Source: Eledone cirrhosa
Lineage: Eukaryota
DNA: 64,000 nucleotides
Reading direction: 5' to 3'
NCBI GenBank assembly: GCA_964016885.1
Contig: CAXHJY010000689.1
Location: 1-64,000 of the forward strand
Under the pieces are notes generated by a model. The model did no database searches and was not told where the DNA came from. It worked only from the letters and a program-made list of their open reading frames with translations. Both the position numbers and the translations under genes were made by a program. Of the stretch, positions 29,726-44,482 are shown one piece after another; the first letter of the stretch is position 1, and each line of letters starts with the position of its first letter.

Positions 29726-30855
29726 GAATGTCACTTAGTGTGCATATATGGTGTGTTTTCGTGTGTCTAGAGTTGTGTATGCGTGCGTGTTCTAGAATGT
29801 CTAGGGGTGTGTATATATATATGTGTTGGTCTGTCTGAATAAGTATTACAAGACTAAGTGGTTGTTTGGGGGTTGGCTGGGAGTGTAATGTGTGAAGGAT
29901 GCAGGTTTTAAGTGTGTTTGTGTGTATGTATGCTATTAACACAAGTGAGTGTGTGAGGATTCGAATGTTGGTAGGTATCTGTTTGTGTAACTATATATAT
30001 TCCAGAAGAAATTGCGTGTGTGTCCTTGTAGGATTTCTAATTGTGTGTGTGTGTTCCTCGCATCAGGGTAAAATTATGTTTGTGTGTTCGTCTAAGGAAG
30101 CAAGCAATATGTGTGTGTGCCTGTGTGCGCGTGCGCATGTATATGCTTGTAACTATTCCGCGACCGAGTGTCTGTATGCTAAGGTGTGTGTGTGTGTGCG
30201 TACGTGTGGGTGTGTGCGTGTGTGAGTGAGTGTTAGTGTGGGTGTGTGCGTGTGTGAGTGAGTGTTAGTGTGTGTGTTTGCATCTATATGTTTACAACTA
30301 TAGTGTGAGTATTATGTGAGCTTCAAACATTTTTTTCTGTGTGCAAGCACTTAACAGCTAACGTGTGTTTGTGTGGGTATAAGTATGTATGCGTGTGTAT
30401 GTGAGAGAGAGAAAGAATAAGTAAACGTCTGTTCAAATCCATTGTGTTTGCCTGTGTATATTATTTAAAATTATATATGTCTCTGTGTGTATGTTAGTCT
30501 TGTGAGAAATACGTGCAAGTATTATGTCAATGAACGTGAGTGGATTGCACGTGCATGTCTGAATGCAGGATATCGCGCACGCGTGTATATGTGTGCATTC
30601 ACATCAAAGCTTAGTACGTGCCACACGCACGTACACACACACACACACACTATATGCGTATATATGTGTATGCGTATATATATATATATATATATATACG
30701 CATACACATACGTAAATATATACATAAGTATACATGAGCACATGCGAAGCTGCACGAACTGTACTCAGTTGATGCACGAGTACACGTGTCAATGCGTTTT
30801 TGTATCTACCTTTATATGTATGTATTTGTATATTTTTGTCATTGTACCTATAAAT

Positions 30856-30935
<80 letters not shown>

Positions 30936-31523
30936 GTGTCTATCTGTTTTAAGGCGGGTGGCTTAGAGAGTTGGATTTAGAATCGGGAGATTGTGAGTTC
31001 AATTGACGGACACAACACATTGCTTGGTCCGTGAATTGAACTCACAACCTCACGATTGTATAGCCAACTCTCTAAACACTAAGTCACACGTCTTCACATA
31101 GATAGAGACACTTAATTTCACGTTACTACTGACCACTCAGCTGTAGAAATGAATTTGTACGTCACTAGTGCCAAGATGTATCGGCATTTGTCTTTCCCAC
31201 GGAGAGGGGAAACTAATATGCATGGTTGACTGATGGTCTGCACAAAAACACCTTACTCGGACATGAGCCTTGGTGGGGATCTTTCTAGATGCAAATCCCA
31301 TGTTAATTCGTGACCGATTTTGGTCTTTACCTTCTATATATATGTGTGTTTTATATATACATAAAGGCAGTGAAATATTAGGTGAATATGCACTCAATAT
31401 ATAGAGATTAGAGAGGTTATTTTTACAAGGAAATATATATAAGTGCGCGCACACATACCTAACACACTGTAATTTATAACTACCTTGTAGATACCTGTTG
31501 ATGTATCAGAATGTGTGTGTATA

Positions 31524-31572
<49 letters not shown>

Positions 31573-31655
31573 GGAAAATTTGAACAGGAACAAAACAGAG
31601 AGGCAGTACAACGAATGTTTATTAATTTCACGCTCTTGAGAGTGGGGCGGTGGTG

Positions 31656-31695
31656 GGGAACGACGTTTCGGGCATAAGCCCTTCTTCAGGTGAAA
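31656..31695 (-). ncRNA. Minimal hammerhead motif in a PLE-like pLTR island (about 31571-32215)
   Basis: CUGAAGA-A-GGGC-UUAU-GCCC-GAAACGUC with palindromic ACGU stem III; stem I is weak. Confidence 0.65.
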
Positions 31696-32217
31696 AGTGT
31701 CTGGGAAGAGAGTTCAAAGGGTGTGTAGGGGAGTGGTGGAGAGACATGTAGCGAAAAGGGGGTGGGAGGAAACGGTGCGATTGATACGTAGATACATTGC
31801 GTGCGTGTGTGTATGTGTGTGTGTATAGCTATTAAAGAAAATAGTTGTATATATATATATATATACAATATACTATTATTGATGTGCATAGCAACAGTGT
31901 TTTTAGTAGGTATCAGTGTAAGGTCTGTACGTGTGGTCTGTTATGTGTGCGCATGCGTGATATATGTAGTATAATGCATTTCCATGTACAGTGTTGCTTA
32001 TAACTGCTTCTTTCGCTTTAACTAGAAGATAGAATGTAACTTGCAGAGTGATGTTGGTGCCGGTGGCAGTGACTGATGGTGGGGTGGGGATTGGGGGGGT
32101 TAGGAGAAAGGTGGCTTGTTGTTCACGTGATGTAGGTGTATGGAGAGTCACGTGATAAACATGTAATGAAGGAAAGGAATATAAAATTTCACCGAGGACG
32201 TGTGTCTATATACCTAT

Positions 32218-32274
<57 letters not shown>

Positions 32275-32313
32275 GTGTGAATGTATGTGTGTGTGTGTGT
32301 GTTTGTAGGTATG

Positions 32314-32377
<64 letters not shown>

Positions 32378-32437
32378 TAGGTATGTATATATATATATGT
32401 GTGAATGTATGTGTGTGTGTGTGTGTTTGTAGGTATG

Positions 32438-32491
<54 letters not shown>

Positions 32492-32599
32492 TAGGTATGT
32501 ATATATATATATGTGTGTGAATGTATGTGTGTGTGTTTGTAGGTATGTATATATATATATATGTGTGTGAATGTATGTGTGTGTGTGTGTGTTTGTAGG

Positions 32600-32662
<63 letters not shown>

Positions 32663-33115
32663 AGTACTGAGGTCGATTCTTCTATCTCTATGTATCATAC
32701 ATCCAAATTTCATTCTCTCCCACTTTCCTTAGAAGAAATTCACTATGTTCTGACCTGGAGAGGGATTATCTTCGTCGAGTTTAAAATGACATATACAAAA
32801 CGTGTGTCAGAATGGCACCCTTACCAATCTATTCGGAGTTAAGGACTCGTGAAATTTACCTCATTCGTTTAATTATCATTCGTATTGTAACCGTAAACAT
32901 ACCTTCCTACCACAAACATACATACCGATGTACACGTGTGTGTAGAGATTCTAATTTGAAATTATACTTGGGCTGTTTAGATATTCCAAACCGGCTTCCT
33001 GAGCTCAACTTTGCTTTTCATCCTTTCGAAGTCAATAAAATGTACCAGTCTAGTACTGGGGTCGATTCATCCCCTATATCTCTTTCTCACTTCCATTCTC
33101 TCTCTCTCTCTCTCT

Positions 33116-33182
<67 letters not shown>

Positions 33183-33834
33183 TCCCTCTCCGGAAGAAAT
33201 CTGCTATATTTAAACCTAGAGAGGAGATGGGTTATACCAGGTTTTAAAAAATGCCCTGTAAACGCAGTATGTCAAAGCAGCGCTCCTCCAATTGCCTCGG
33301 GAGTTACAGGACCTTACATACCGGTTTCACAATATTCTGATTGTTTTTCAATGGGTTTGCAGAGTAAAAGATGAAAGTTCAGAAGTTAGAAAAAACAAGA
33401 TGAAATTTCATAGCAGCTTATCACTACATAATTTACAAATTTTATGAATGCGTCGTTATTGTAACTAAATAATTGAGAGCCACATGTGTGGAAGTTTAAC
33501 GGTTTGTGTCAAAGAAACATGTTATATGCAAAAATGTTGATTTCCAGCAAATTTGAAAAAAGGGCAAAATTGATTAAATCAACTCCAATATTTAACCGAT
33601 AATTTATTTTATCAATCCCCGAAGGGCGAAAGAGGGGGAAAGTCAAAGTTAACCTTCGCGGGATTTGAACTCAGGACGTAACTAGCTAGAATAAATATCG
33701 CAATAGCATTTTGTCGGATTTTCTATTGATTCTGCGAAGCCACCATCCCAATGTTGTGTAAAACGTTCAAAGGTGTGACGGTTTAAAAGATTCACATGTT
33801 ATATCATATTTATACGTGTGTCATATAGAAAGTG

Positions 33835-34105
33835 ATGGCGTATTGCCTTGTGGTAAGGGTGTTGGACTTACGATCATAACGTTGTTGTTTCGAATCCTGG
33901 ACTAGGTTGTGTGTTGTATTCTTGAGAAAAACACTTCTTTTTACTTTGCTCCAGTACACGCAGTTGGAAATGAGTTCCAGCAATAGCTGGGGGTTTAACA
34001 CTGCGATAGATTGGCATCTTGTCTTGCACGGAGTCTTGTATTCACAGGAAACCGGGATAAGCACCGGTCTGATGAACTCCCAGGCTCGAGAGAGACTTTA
34101 GACTT
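33835..34105 (+). mobile_element. tRNA-derived SINE family 2
   Basis: GTGGTAAGGGTGTTGGAC...TTCGAATCC head and TTGAG.AAAACACTTC...GCTCCAGTA...GCGAT.GA.TGGC.TC body; homologous to 58205-58470 and 61875-62150. Confidence 0.85.
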
Positions 34106-34989
34106 TTAGCTATGTAGAAAGTTATCAGAAGTCAATTTTCAGCAATTGTATTGTTGGATGCATGTATGATGTGTACTGGGTTCTTTTTGTTGATAGAAAA
34201 AAGAAAAAAGGATAATAAATGTTATAAATTGGGGTTATCATGATAACATTTCATCTGACAGACTTTATTGGTTGTAAATGTGCAGCAAAGTGACAATGAG
34301 TAGTTTCAAGCCGGCTGCTGTAGATAAAGGTTACATATTCTGTGTCGACTGCAATATATATTGTTGATTTTGACAGCTGAGGAGAGAGAAGATTGAGGTT
34401 AAATTCAACGACAATATAAATTGCAGTAAATATAAATAAATAAACAACAACAACAATAATATGGTACAACAAAGATAATAACATCTGTTTAACCGATAAT
34501 CATGGTTTTGTACGCAAAAATATACACCATTTCAATTGTCTGTAAAGGAGGATTTTCCTAAATTAGATTTTAAAGACATCGCTCTATGTTATATTGTAAG
34601 ATGGGGCTGTATCATCAAGTAGTATCTAGTGTGGATGTGGGTGGATTCGGGAAATACCAGACTTCAAGGATATAAATATTCGCCTAGTAGTCAAGCATCT
34701 GGTTAGATATATGTGTGTACTCGTATGTTACCATACATGCTATGATATTTCCCTCTTTCTACTCACCATCTCCAGTGTAATTTTCCTTCTTATATATGTA
34801 TCCACCCGTAACTCCTAGTGGAGTCATATGGAGACTGTCATAACATCATGTTTTTCAACCTGGCTGAGCACATCTGTCTCCACATCTGAAGATTTTATCT
34901 CTTTTCTCTCTCTTTCTTTCTCTCTCTCACTCTCCCTCCCTCTCTCTGTATATATTAATATATATACATATATGTGTTTGTGTGTGTGA

Positions 34990-35034
<45 letters not shown>

Positions 35035-35039
<5 letters not shown>

Positions 35040-35105
35040 GAAATGGCTTCCTGATGATTTCTCCCGATTGAAACAGTTCTAGTCCTGTAGAAGCCATTTC
35101 TATAT
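35035..35105 (+). ncRNA. Type I hammerhead ribozyme
   Basis: 16-bp stem I (AUAUAGAAAUGGCUUC/GAAGCCAUUUCUAUAU), CUGAUGA, weak stem II, GAAACAG-UUCUAGUC-CUGUA. Predicted cleavage after 35089. Confidence 0.8.
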
Positions 35106-35194
35106 TAAATATCTATACTCTGTTATGTATTGAATACCTTACTTACTGTGGTTACCCCCGATTGAACCCAGGATAAACACACACACATATACAC

Positions 35195-35226
<32 letters not shown>

Positions 35227-35985
35227 TGTAGAAGAATCGACCCAGTACCGAACTGTTACATTTTTTATTGATCTTTAAATCTTGAAAGTACGTAAATAGC
35301 CGCAGCTATATGCTCTTTGCGTCACAAGTTCAAATCTCGCCGATGATAGCATTACCTTTCATCGTTACGAGATCGATAAAATAAAGTACTGGGAGAACAG
35401 ATAATGCAAAGTGTTGTATCTGACCTAATGAATCTGCCACTTCGCTGCCTTTTCCCTTCCTCTACCAAGGTTTAGTTGATAAAAGAAGGAAGGAAAAGTC
35501 ACCATATTCTTTAACTCTCCCTCGTCACTTCCGGTTTACATTGTAGATATTTACTTTCGCTGCAAATATAAGCCGAGCTCTTTATTAACTTTAACCTTTT
35601 CACTGAAGGTTTTTGAATCTAATTATTGTCTAAATAACCTCTAATTCCCTTTTTTTCATTTTCTTCTTTTTTTCTTTTTTGCTTTTCTTCTTTTTCTTTT
35701 TTCATTTACTTTTTTCGCTTATTTTTTCTCTTTTTTTCCTTTTTTCTTCACTTTTCATCCTCTATCTCCAACTTCCTCTCTCCCAGACTCACTTACTCGC
35801 TACCTCTCTTTCTACCCCTTCCTTCGCCCAATTTTTCCATTCAAACGCATTTCCTTTTCTGCCTATCATGTCTCACCCTCACCCTTCATGACTTCTCCAT
35901 CTTCATCTTTGAAATGATGAAATACATTCAGCCTCAGTTGTATTTTAATTGATTATTTAGAAACAATTGAACCTAACTGAACTTG

Positions 35986-36072
<87 letters not shown>

Positions 36073-36127
36073 GTGAGGTTTTTTTTACAAAATGAAAAAT
36101 AACCGAGGTGTCCTACACGAGTGAAAG

Positions 36128-36421
36128 TATAAAGAAAACATGATGAAATCGAAAATGCAACTGGAGTCTTATTTTTAAAAAAATATATATATTTATTTGG
36201 TTCCTTTACCGGTTTCGCAGTTCTTATGCTTTTCAAAAGTAGAGTTGAGATGGAGGGTCTGTGGTTTTTCTCACATCTCACATGTGAGAAAAACCACAGA
36301 CCCTCCATCTCAACTCTACTTTTGAAAAACAGAAGAACTGCGAAACCGGTAAAGGAACCAAATAAATATATATATATTTTTAAATAAGACTCCATTTGCA
36401 TTTTCGATTTCATCATGTTTT

Positions 36422-36428
<7 letters not shown>
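36128..36428. repeat. Near-perfect ~300-bp palindrome between (TA)n arrays, with hammerhead 3' half (GAAACCGGTA)
   Basis: Arms 36128-36276 and 36282-36428 with a 5-nt loop. Confidence 0.92.
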
Positions 36429-36467
<39 letters not shown>

Positions 36468-36607
36468 GAAACGGCTTGAGCTCTGTCGTCAGTGTCTTGA
36501 ACATTTTCCTATTACCCACTCTACTACCCAAAGTATTGAGTACTCTGGTGCGTTATGGTCCACCTGGTTTCTTACCACACTTCCTTTAGTTTTATATCGA
36601 ATAATAA

Positions 36608-36797
36608 TAATTGTTTCTACTTTTGGCACAAGGCCAGCAATTATCCCAGTGCATTACTGGTCCTTTATTTTATTAACCCCGAAAGGATGAAAGGCAAAGT
36701 TAACCTCGGCTAGATTTGAACTCAGACCGTAAAAGGGCGTAACTCTATGCTCAAAGCATGGCGTCCGATCCTCTACCGATACTGCCAATCCACCGCT
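36608..36797 (-). mobile_element. SINE family 1
   Basis: Full-length reverse-complement copy. Confidence 0.88.
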
Positions 36798-37129
36798 TAA
36801 TATTCAATTCGTTTGCAAGCAAACAGCCCCATTGCGCTATGTTCTTTTGATGGCCGCCGTCATTCATTTGTTCTAGCAGTGGCATAGAGAAACAGTCAAC
36901 AACGTTGTTTCTGGATTATTGCCCTTTGTCAAGACTGTGTCTTTTTCTGTGCCCCCCCCCCCCCCCTAAAAATACAACGGAAAGACCAATAGAAACAGTG
37001 TTTCCTTGGACCGATCTGACGAGTCCACCCTACCTTGTAGGCAAATGAGGTCTGGGATCTTGTCGTTCGTTTGGAGGCCGGTTAGACCTGCAAGGTGTGA
37101 GCTGTAACGACAACTTTATAGATCTTTAT

Positions 37130-37410
37130 TCAGTACTCAACTTGGGGTCCTAACCGGCCTACAAATGAAATTATATACGGAAATTTACCCAAGATAATGA
37201 CTATAATTGCTCAAAGACTGTTACGAGTTTTAGGACATTCCTGGAGAAATAAACAGGAAGTTATACACAAGCTACTATTGTAGGAACCAACTCACGGGGG
37301 ACTCAATAGAGAAAGACAGCCTCGAATCTTCATCGATCAACTGTTAGATGATACAAACTACAGCAATTTTGTCAGGAAAGTTCGGCTGTGGTCGCAATAA
37401 TGATGATTAG
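37130..37410 (+). mobile_element. RTE/RTE-X LINE 3' fragment related to 14050-14525
   Basis: Shared AAGTTATACA.AAGCTACTATTGT.GGAAC.AACTCACGGG and CTGTGGTCGCAAT..TGATGAT. Confidence 0.75.
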
Positions 37411-38509
37411 ATACAAATAAAAAAAAAAGAAAAGCAGAGACGAGACTGTGACAGGATTTTAATCCAGAATACAGGAGGAGGAATAACTATGTTAATATAT
37501 TTATCTCGGCGTTTTAATGTTTGACAAGTCGCACATTACTAGTTATAAAATAATAATGAACGATTTATCACTTTGACATTTTTACTATTTGAGCGAAATA
37601 TATTGGAATGACATTTGGGTACATCACCACATTACCATGAATAGAAATATGTGAACTGGAGGTCATATCTTGGTTCCATTGGGAGTTAGAATGTTTGAAT
37701 GTGTCTATGTGCATGTGCGTGTCTGTGTATGTATGTGTGTGTGTTTTCCTTTTTCACATCTTACTACATTATCCTAAACAAACGTTTATATAGAATCTGG
37801 TTGCTACACAAGGTCCTTTGCAGTTAAAACTATATATATAACTATTATTATTATCTTCCCCCTTTTATCACATGTTAAGGAATATAATAACCTGATATTT
37901 AGATATAAGGTTCAATGTAATTAAAGAAGTAGTGGAGGTGAGATTCAGTGATATTCAGACATTCTTCAGGAATATTAAAAGAGAACTGCCCCTCAAACCA
38001 GAAATCCAACCACGCTCACGAAGACTACACACCCGGCATCAGCTCCGTAGTCAAAGTAGATGGCCATCGCTCGGAACCGAGCGTAAATATTTAATCAGAT
38101 ACACAGAGAATTAAACAGACACATACATCTACACATGTGATGGCTGACAAGTATATGTGTGTGAATGAATGTGAAAGTGTATGCGTGTGCGAGTATATAT
38201 TTATTTCTGTTACGACTGACATAATGAAAAGCTGGGGGTAAAATTGTGTGTGTTTTTATGAATGTATATCTGAGTGTTGTTCATAAGTGTAAGTTTGTGT
38301 GAGTTTATGTGTGTCTGTTCATGGGTGAAACTATGTGTGTGTTTGTATGAATGTATGTCTGTGTGTCTTTTTTTATATTTGTGAATTTGTGCGAGTGTAT
38401 GTGGTAGTTATAGCACATTTAATACATTTGCTATATTTGGTTAATTTACACTGCATAAAAAAATAATAATTAATATATATTTCTTTTGGATGTTGATACT
38501 TATTTGTTT

Positions 38510-39115
38510 ACAATATTGAAAAAAAACGTCTTTATTCTAAAATTTCCTCTCGTACCTACAGCTGTTTCATTTGAATTTAAGAAGCTTCAGTTTCCAGTCA
38601 AACTAGGACGCCATGCTTTCCAGCATAGTTACGTCCCTTTACGATCTGAGTTCAAATCCCGCCGAGGTTGACTTTGCCTTTCATCCTTACGGGGTCGATA
38701 AAATAAAGTACCAGTAATGCACTGGTAATTGCTGGCTTTGTGCCTAAAGTAGAAACAGTTATTTCAGTTAACAAATCTCAGGGTCAATCCCTCAAGGTAG
38801 TTGGAATTGATTTCTCTACTACATGTTTCTCCAACGGTCAACTCTATGTTGGTTGCTCATGAGTTGGAAGTAGCAACAATTTATTCATTTGGACATCAAC
38901 AAAGAAATTACACAATGAATATTGTTTACCCTGCGGTGCTTCAAGATTGACAGATTTTCATTTCTAAATTCTATTAACATTACAGTTTTGATATTTTAAA
39001 ATAAAATATAGATATTTTGAAATGATTATGAGGAAAAAATATATCTTCATATTAATTGTTTACTAATCTGAAAAAGAACAGCAGTAACCCGGGCAACGCC
39101 GGGTCATTCAACTAG
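38510..39115 (+). mobile_element. Helitron 3' fragment (PIF1-type helicase C-terminus plus terminal hairpin and CTAG), interrupted by a SINE
   Basis: VFILKFPLVPTAVSFEFKKLQFPVKL / [41 protein letters not shown]; 3' end CCCGGGCAACGCCGGG-TCATTCAA-CTAG followed by T. Confidence 0.9.
38605..38762 (+). mobile_element. 5'-truncated SINE family 1 nested in the Helitron
   Basis: SINE core splits the helicase coding between FPVKL and NKSQGQ. Confidence 0.88.
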
Positions 39116-39551
39116 TATATATATATATATATATATAATATCTAGCTAAGAATGTAAATACATCCAGTTCAAAATGAGACATCTACGAACTCAAGCAAAC
39201 GTAATCAACACCAAAATTCGACTTCACACGTCTTTCCAAACCATGCCCTACCCTTCCGGCAAAACATTCACCAACCTGCACCAATCAATGCTATGACGAT
39301 GACAAACCTCACAAGGCTACAGCCGTCGTAGATATTTTATGCTTCTCTCATACAGGATTTTCAAACAAATACATGCACGTGCTTAAGCCTAAAGGACGCA
39401 CAGACACATTGTCTAGAATACATACATATACACTCAAAATCTATGAATTCGTATCCAAACTCCATGTAATATATTATCTATACATGGGCACATGTTTCGA
39501 TGTACATGTACACTGTGATAGATAAGAGTGCATGTATATGAACACACTCAT

Positions 39552-39718
<167 letters not shown>

Positions 39719-39789
39719 AAAACAAATAACGAAACGAAATTAAATTTCGTTTCGTTTGTAACTCACTTTTGTATGACTGACGCTTAAAC

Positions 39790-40084
39790 AATTAAGTTAA
39801 AGATGTACATCCATATATGTATACTGAAATACTAGTATGTATATGAATATACACACGTATACATTGTCTGGCTTTCTGGAGAATAGAGGAAAGGTGTTTC
39901 CTCAAAAACCAGTATGACTCTAAAAACCGGTTTGTCTGTATGCTTACATACAGAATAGCTGGCCACTCACAGTAAAGTGACCAGTGAAAAAAACTTGGTA
40001 CATCTACATATGTATACGTGTGTGTATTCATATACATACTAGTATTTCAGTATACATATATGGATGTACATCTTTAACTTAATT
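39790..40084. repeat. Island with ~74-bp inverted arms, inside (TA)n
   Basis: 39790-39863 is approximately the reverse complement of 40010-40084; internal small hairpins. Confidence 0.85.
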
Positions 40085-40085
40085 A

Positions 40086-40135
<50 letters not shown>

Positions 40136-40265
40136 TATATATATACATATATATATATACGTATATATGTATATATATGTATATACATATATATATATGT
40201 ACATATATATATATACATATATATATACGTATATATGTATATATATGTATATATATATATATATA

Positions 40266-40307
<42 letters not shown>

Positions 40308-40596
40308 GATATATATATATATATATAGATATATATATATGTATATATATAGATATATATATGTATATATATATATATATAGATATATATATATGTGTGT
40401 ATATATATATATGTATATATATATGTATGTATATATGCATATATGTATATGTATGTATATATGCATATATATATATATATATATATGTATATGTATGTAT
40501 ATATGCATATATATATATGTATATGTATGTATATATGCATATATATATAATAAAATGAAAACGAAATTTCATTTCTCACTCTTAGTACGGCACTTA

Positions 40597-40635
40597 TATA
40601 TATATATATATATGCATATATATATGCATATATGC

Positions 40636-40701
<66 letters not shown>

Positions 40702-40910
40702 ATATATATATACCTATATATATATACCTATATATATATACCTATATATATATACCTATGTATATATATATATATATATATATACCTATATATATATACG
40801 TATATATATATACCTATATATATATACGTATATATATATACCTATATATATATACCTATATATATATACCTATATATATATACCTATATATATATATATA
40901 TATATATACC

Positions 40911-40941
<31 letters not shown>

Positions 40942-41386
40942 ATATATATATACCTATATATATATACCTATATATATATATATATATACCTATATATATA
41001 TACCTATATATATATATATATATATATACCTATATATATATATATATATATACCTATATATATATATATATATACCTATATATATATATATATATATATA
41101 TACCTATATATATATATATATATATATATACCTATATATATATATACCTATATATATATATACCTATATATATATATATATACCTATATATATATATATA
41201 CCTATATATATATATACCTATATATATATATATACCTATATATATATATATATATACCTATATATATACCTATATATATATATATATACCTATATATATA
41301 TACCTATATATATATATATACCTATATGTATACCTATATATATATATATATATATATACCTATATATATATATATATATATATATA

Positions 41387-41431
<45 letters not shown>

Positions 41432-41636
41432 ATATATATATATATATATATATATACCTATATATATATATACCTATATATATATATATATATATATATA
41501 CCTATATATATATATATATATACCTATATATATATATATATATATACCTATATATATATATATATACCTATATATATATATATATATACCTATATATATA
41601 TATATATATATACCTATATATATATATATATATACA
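40597..41636. repeat. (TA)n array interrupted mainly by CC (TACC)
   Basis: Direct reading. Confidence 0.96.
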
Positions 41637-41694
41637 TAAATGTAAGTATGTATGTATACGTATTTACATATATGTATACAGACGTACAGTAGCA

Positions 41695-41752
<58 letters not shown>

Positions 41753-41766
41753 CATACATATATATA

Positions 41767-42442
<676 letters not shown>

Positions 42443-42443
42443 C

Positions 42444-42530
<87 letters not shown>

Positions 42531-42619
42531 CATATATATATATACATATATATATACATATATATATACATATATATATATATATACATATATATATACA
42601 TATATATATATATATACAC

Positions 42620-42652
<33 letters not shown>

Positions 42653-42795
42653 CACATATATATATACATATATATATATACATATATATATATATACACA
42701 TATATATATACATATATATATATACATATATATATATATACATATATATATAAACACATATATATATACATATATATATATATACATATATATAC

Positions 42796-42869
<74 letters not shown>

Positions 42870-42999
42870 ATACTTTGGGAGGGTCATGTTGCCAATAAGA
42901 AACACACGCACCAGTTGCTTTCACTTCAATTTATTATATATTTATAAATTTCTGGTTGGTTGGTTGGTTGGTTCCACAACCAGATAGTTGTTTATATAT

Positions 43000-43044
43000 A
43001 GTCATAGTCCTTTCGTCACACACTCTGTGACCTCTTCAGTGACT
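43000..43044 (-). ncRNA. Minimal hammerhead (inverted pLTR)
   Basis: Reverse complement of 44103-44147. Confidence 0.8.
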
Positions 43045-43140
43045 GGGGATTCCTTTCTTTGTTTCTGTGCCTTTCCTTTCTTCTGTCCTACGCCATTTTG
43101 TTTCTCAAACAAAATGGCGTAGGACAGAAGAAAGGAAAGG

Positions 43141-43890
43141 CACTTCATCCACCGTATGCAGTTCTCTGGCTACAATCAGAGAGATAGAATCAGAGTGTAT
43201 AGCGGAGCCAGAACCAAATGGGAAAAAATGGTAAATAATGACATAAATGGGACCTGCCCCTTGTATAGGAGCAAATTTTGGAATAGAATAGAAAGAACTA
43301 GGAACAAGGCTAATAGAATAAACTCATGGTATGATAGCAATAAATACCAGAGTGTAATGTTCATCGATACAACCCCTAGAGGCGAACTAGCCTACAAATT
43401 TAGAAGGGCCCTAAATAAACATAAACTCAATATTAAGATAGTAGAAAGACCAGGTACCTCCGTAAAAACACTTATTAGCAAGACATACCCTTTCCAAAGA
43501 CCCTCATGTATAGATAAGAAATGTATAACCTGTAAAATAAGCCCCCATATTAACTGTAAAACTAGAAATGTAGTGTATAGCATAAGATGTACTGAAGGAC
43601 AATGTAGAAACAAAAATATAGTGTACATAGGTGAGACAGCTCGTAGTATAGGGGAACGGATAAATGAACACTGGCGAGACCTTCAAGATAATAAAGAATC
43701 ATCTGTACTCTACCAACATGCTAAGATAGAACACAAGGGTAACTTAGAGAACATAGAAATAAAAATAGAATCTACACACAGAAAAGATGCAATGTTTAGA
43801 CAAATTACAGAGGCAATAAACATAAAAGAATTACAACCAAAATTAAATAGAAAATATGAGTGGAACAGCAACATCACAACTTACAATTAA
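43141..43890 (+). CDS. PLE RT-thumb/linker plus GIY-YIG endonuclease, 5'-truncated with open frame
   Basis: HFIHRMQFSGY..PLYR..W..SVMFIDTTP..KIVERPG..PF..C-x4-C-x2-C-x7-C..NVVYSIRC...YIGETARSIGERINEH...HAKIEH...RQITEA...LNRKYEW. Pattern resembles Naiad-clade PLEs (from recollection; needs phylogeny). Confidence 0.92.
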   Translation, partial: HFIHRMQFSGYNQRDRIRVYSGARTKWEKMVNNDINGTCPLYRSKFWNRIERTRNKANRINSWYDSNKYQSVMFIDTTPRGELAYKFRRALNKHKLNIKIVERPGTSVKTLISKTYPFQRPSCIDKKCITCKISPHINCKTRNVVYSIRCTEGQCRNKNIVYIGETARSIGERINEHWRDLQDNKESSVLYQHAKIEHKGNLENIEIKIESTHRKDAMFRQITEAINIKELQPKLNRKYEWNSNITTYN

Positions 43891-44102
43891 GGACAAAATG
43901 AAAACACACACACACATAGAACAAACAACCAACCAATAACATGTAAATAAATAAATAAATAAACAAATAGATAAATGAACATAAACACACACAGACACCC
44001 GGATGTGGCGCATGCGCAAACTGAGCACACAACACACACACAGAAACAAAATGGCGTAGGACAGAACAAAGGAGAGGCACGGAGACAAAGAAAGGAATCC
44101 CC

Positions 44103-44147
44103 AGTCACTGAAGAGGTCACAGAGTGTGTGACGAAAGGACTATGACT
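44103..44147 (+). ncRNA. Minimal type I hammerhead (3' pLTR)
   Basis: AGUCA-CUGAAGA-G-GUCACA-GAGUG-UGUGAC-GAAAGGACUA-UGACU. Confidence 0.82.
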
Positions 44148-44407
44148 ATATATAAACAACTATCTGGTTGTGGAACCAACCAACCAACCAGAAATTTATA
44201 AATTTATAAATTTGTAAATTTATAAATATATAATAAATTGAAGTGAAAGCAACTGGTGCGTGTGTTTCTTATTGGCAACATGACCCTCCCAAAGTATAAC
44301 AACATATATACATATATATATATACATATATACATATATATATACATATATATATATATACATATATATATATACATATATATATATACATATATATATA
44401 TATACAC

Positions 44408-44482
<75 letters not shown>

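Larger units (their letters stand above)
42864..44303 (+). mobile_element. 5'-truncated Penelope-like element (Naiad-like) with inverted 5' pLTR
   Basis: 42864-43105 is approximately the reverse complement of 44043-44303. Additional fold-back at 43067-43143, GIY-YIG ORF, and (TA)n on both sides. Confidence 0.92.

Noticed and set aside
43141-43890. Selenocysteine-encoding Naiad
   Set aside because: The frame has no in-frame UGA in the part present, and no SECIS was recognised by eye.
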